NCBI GenBank assembly: GCA_951406725.2
Contig: OX597814.1
Coordinates: forward strand, 72,230,001 to 72,294,000
DNA: 64,000 nt
DNA from: Octopus vulgaris
Lineage: Eukaryota
Direction: 5' to 3'
Below the pieces are notes generated by a model. The model worked only from the letters and a program-made list of their open reading frames with translations. It was not told the DNA's origin and searched no databases. Position 1 is the first letter of the stretch, and the number at the start of each line of letters is the position of its first letter. This document shows positions 63,711 through 64,000 of the stretch, piece after piece. A program made the position numbers and the translations under genes.

Positions 63711-64000
63711 GGCCAATTTTCGCGGAGTTCCACTATTCCCTTTCTCTCTCTCCCTCTTTTACGTTGTCTGCCCTCCCCCTCTTCCTTCCCCCTTCCATTG
63801 TTAAGAGCATTTTTAAGCCAGCCCGTCAAGTAACGTGCCTCATTTCTTGATTTCAAATCCATTCTGCCGTGTCAGGCCGAAAACGAAATGTTTCCAAGAT
63901 AAGAAAATCTTTCTAATCTAATTCATCCCGTAATCTGTACCAGTAATATTCTCATGCAAATTTGTCTGATCTCTAGTGGTTAAGCTGTTTATTATTATTA

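Overview
AT-rich eukaryotic DNA. The SINE families and microsatellite load look like those of an Octopus-type coleoid cephalopod (recognised from memory, not searched). The whole window lies inside one + strand host gene. Nine GT-AG exons (895 nt, about 1.4% of the window) splice in phase into a peptide matching my recollection of the N-terminal helical region of nucleoporin NUP188. The two largest introns (25.8 and 21.5 kb) are packed with transposons: three mariner relics, two piggyBac relics, a Rep-only Helitron plus a short related Helitron, a hAT relic, several long-TIR foldback/MITE elements, RTE and CR1-like LINE fragments and tRNA/CORE-type SINEs. The most notable structures are (1) a head-to-tail array of four Tx1/L1-like LINE copies, each bounded by (ATCT)n, suggesting microsatellite targeting, with a SINE and an ORF1-only element that appear to share the LINE 3' tail; (2) a 1.95-kb foldback element with ~630-bp tandem-repetitive TIRs and an 8-bp TSD; (3) a Helitron inserted in one arm of a palindrome whose other arm preserves the empty site. 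There are no prokaryote-type systems. All homology calls are by-eye motif recognition.
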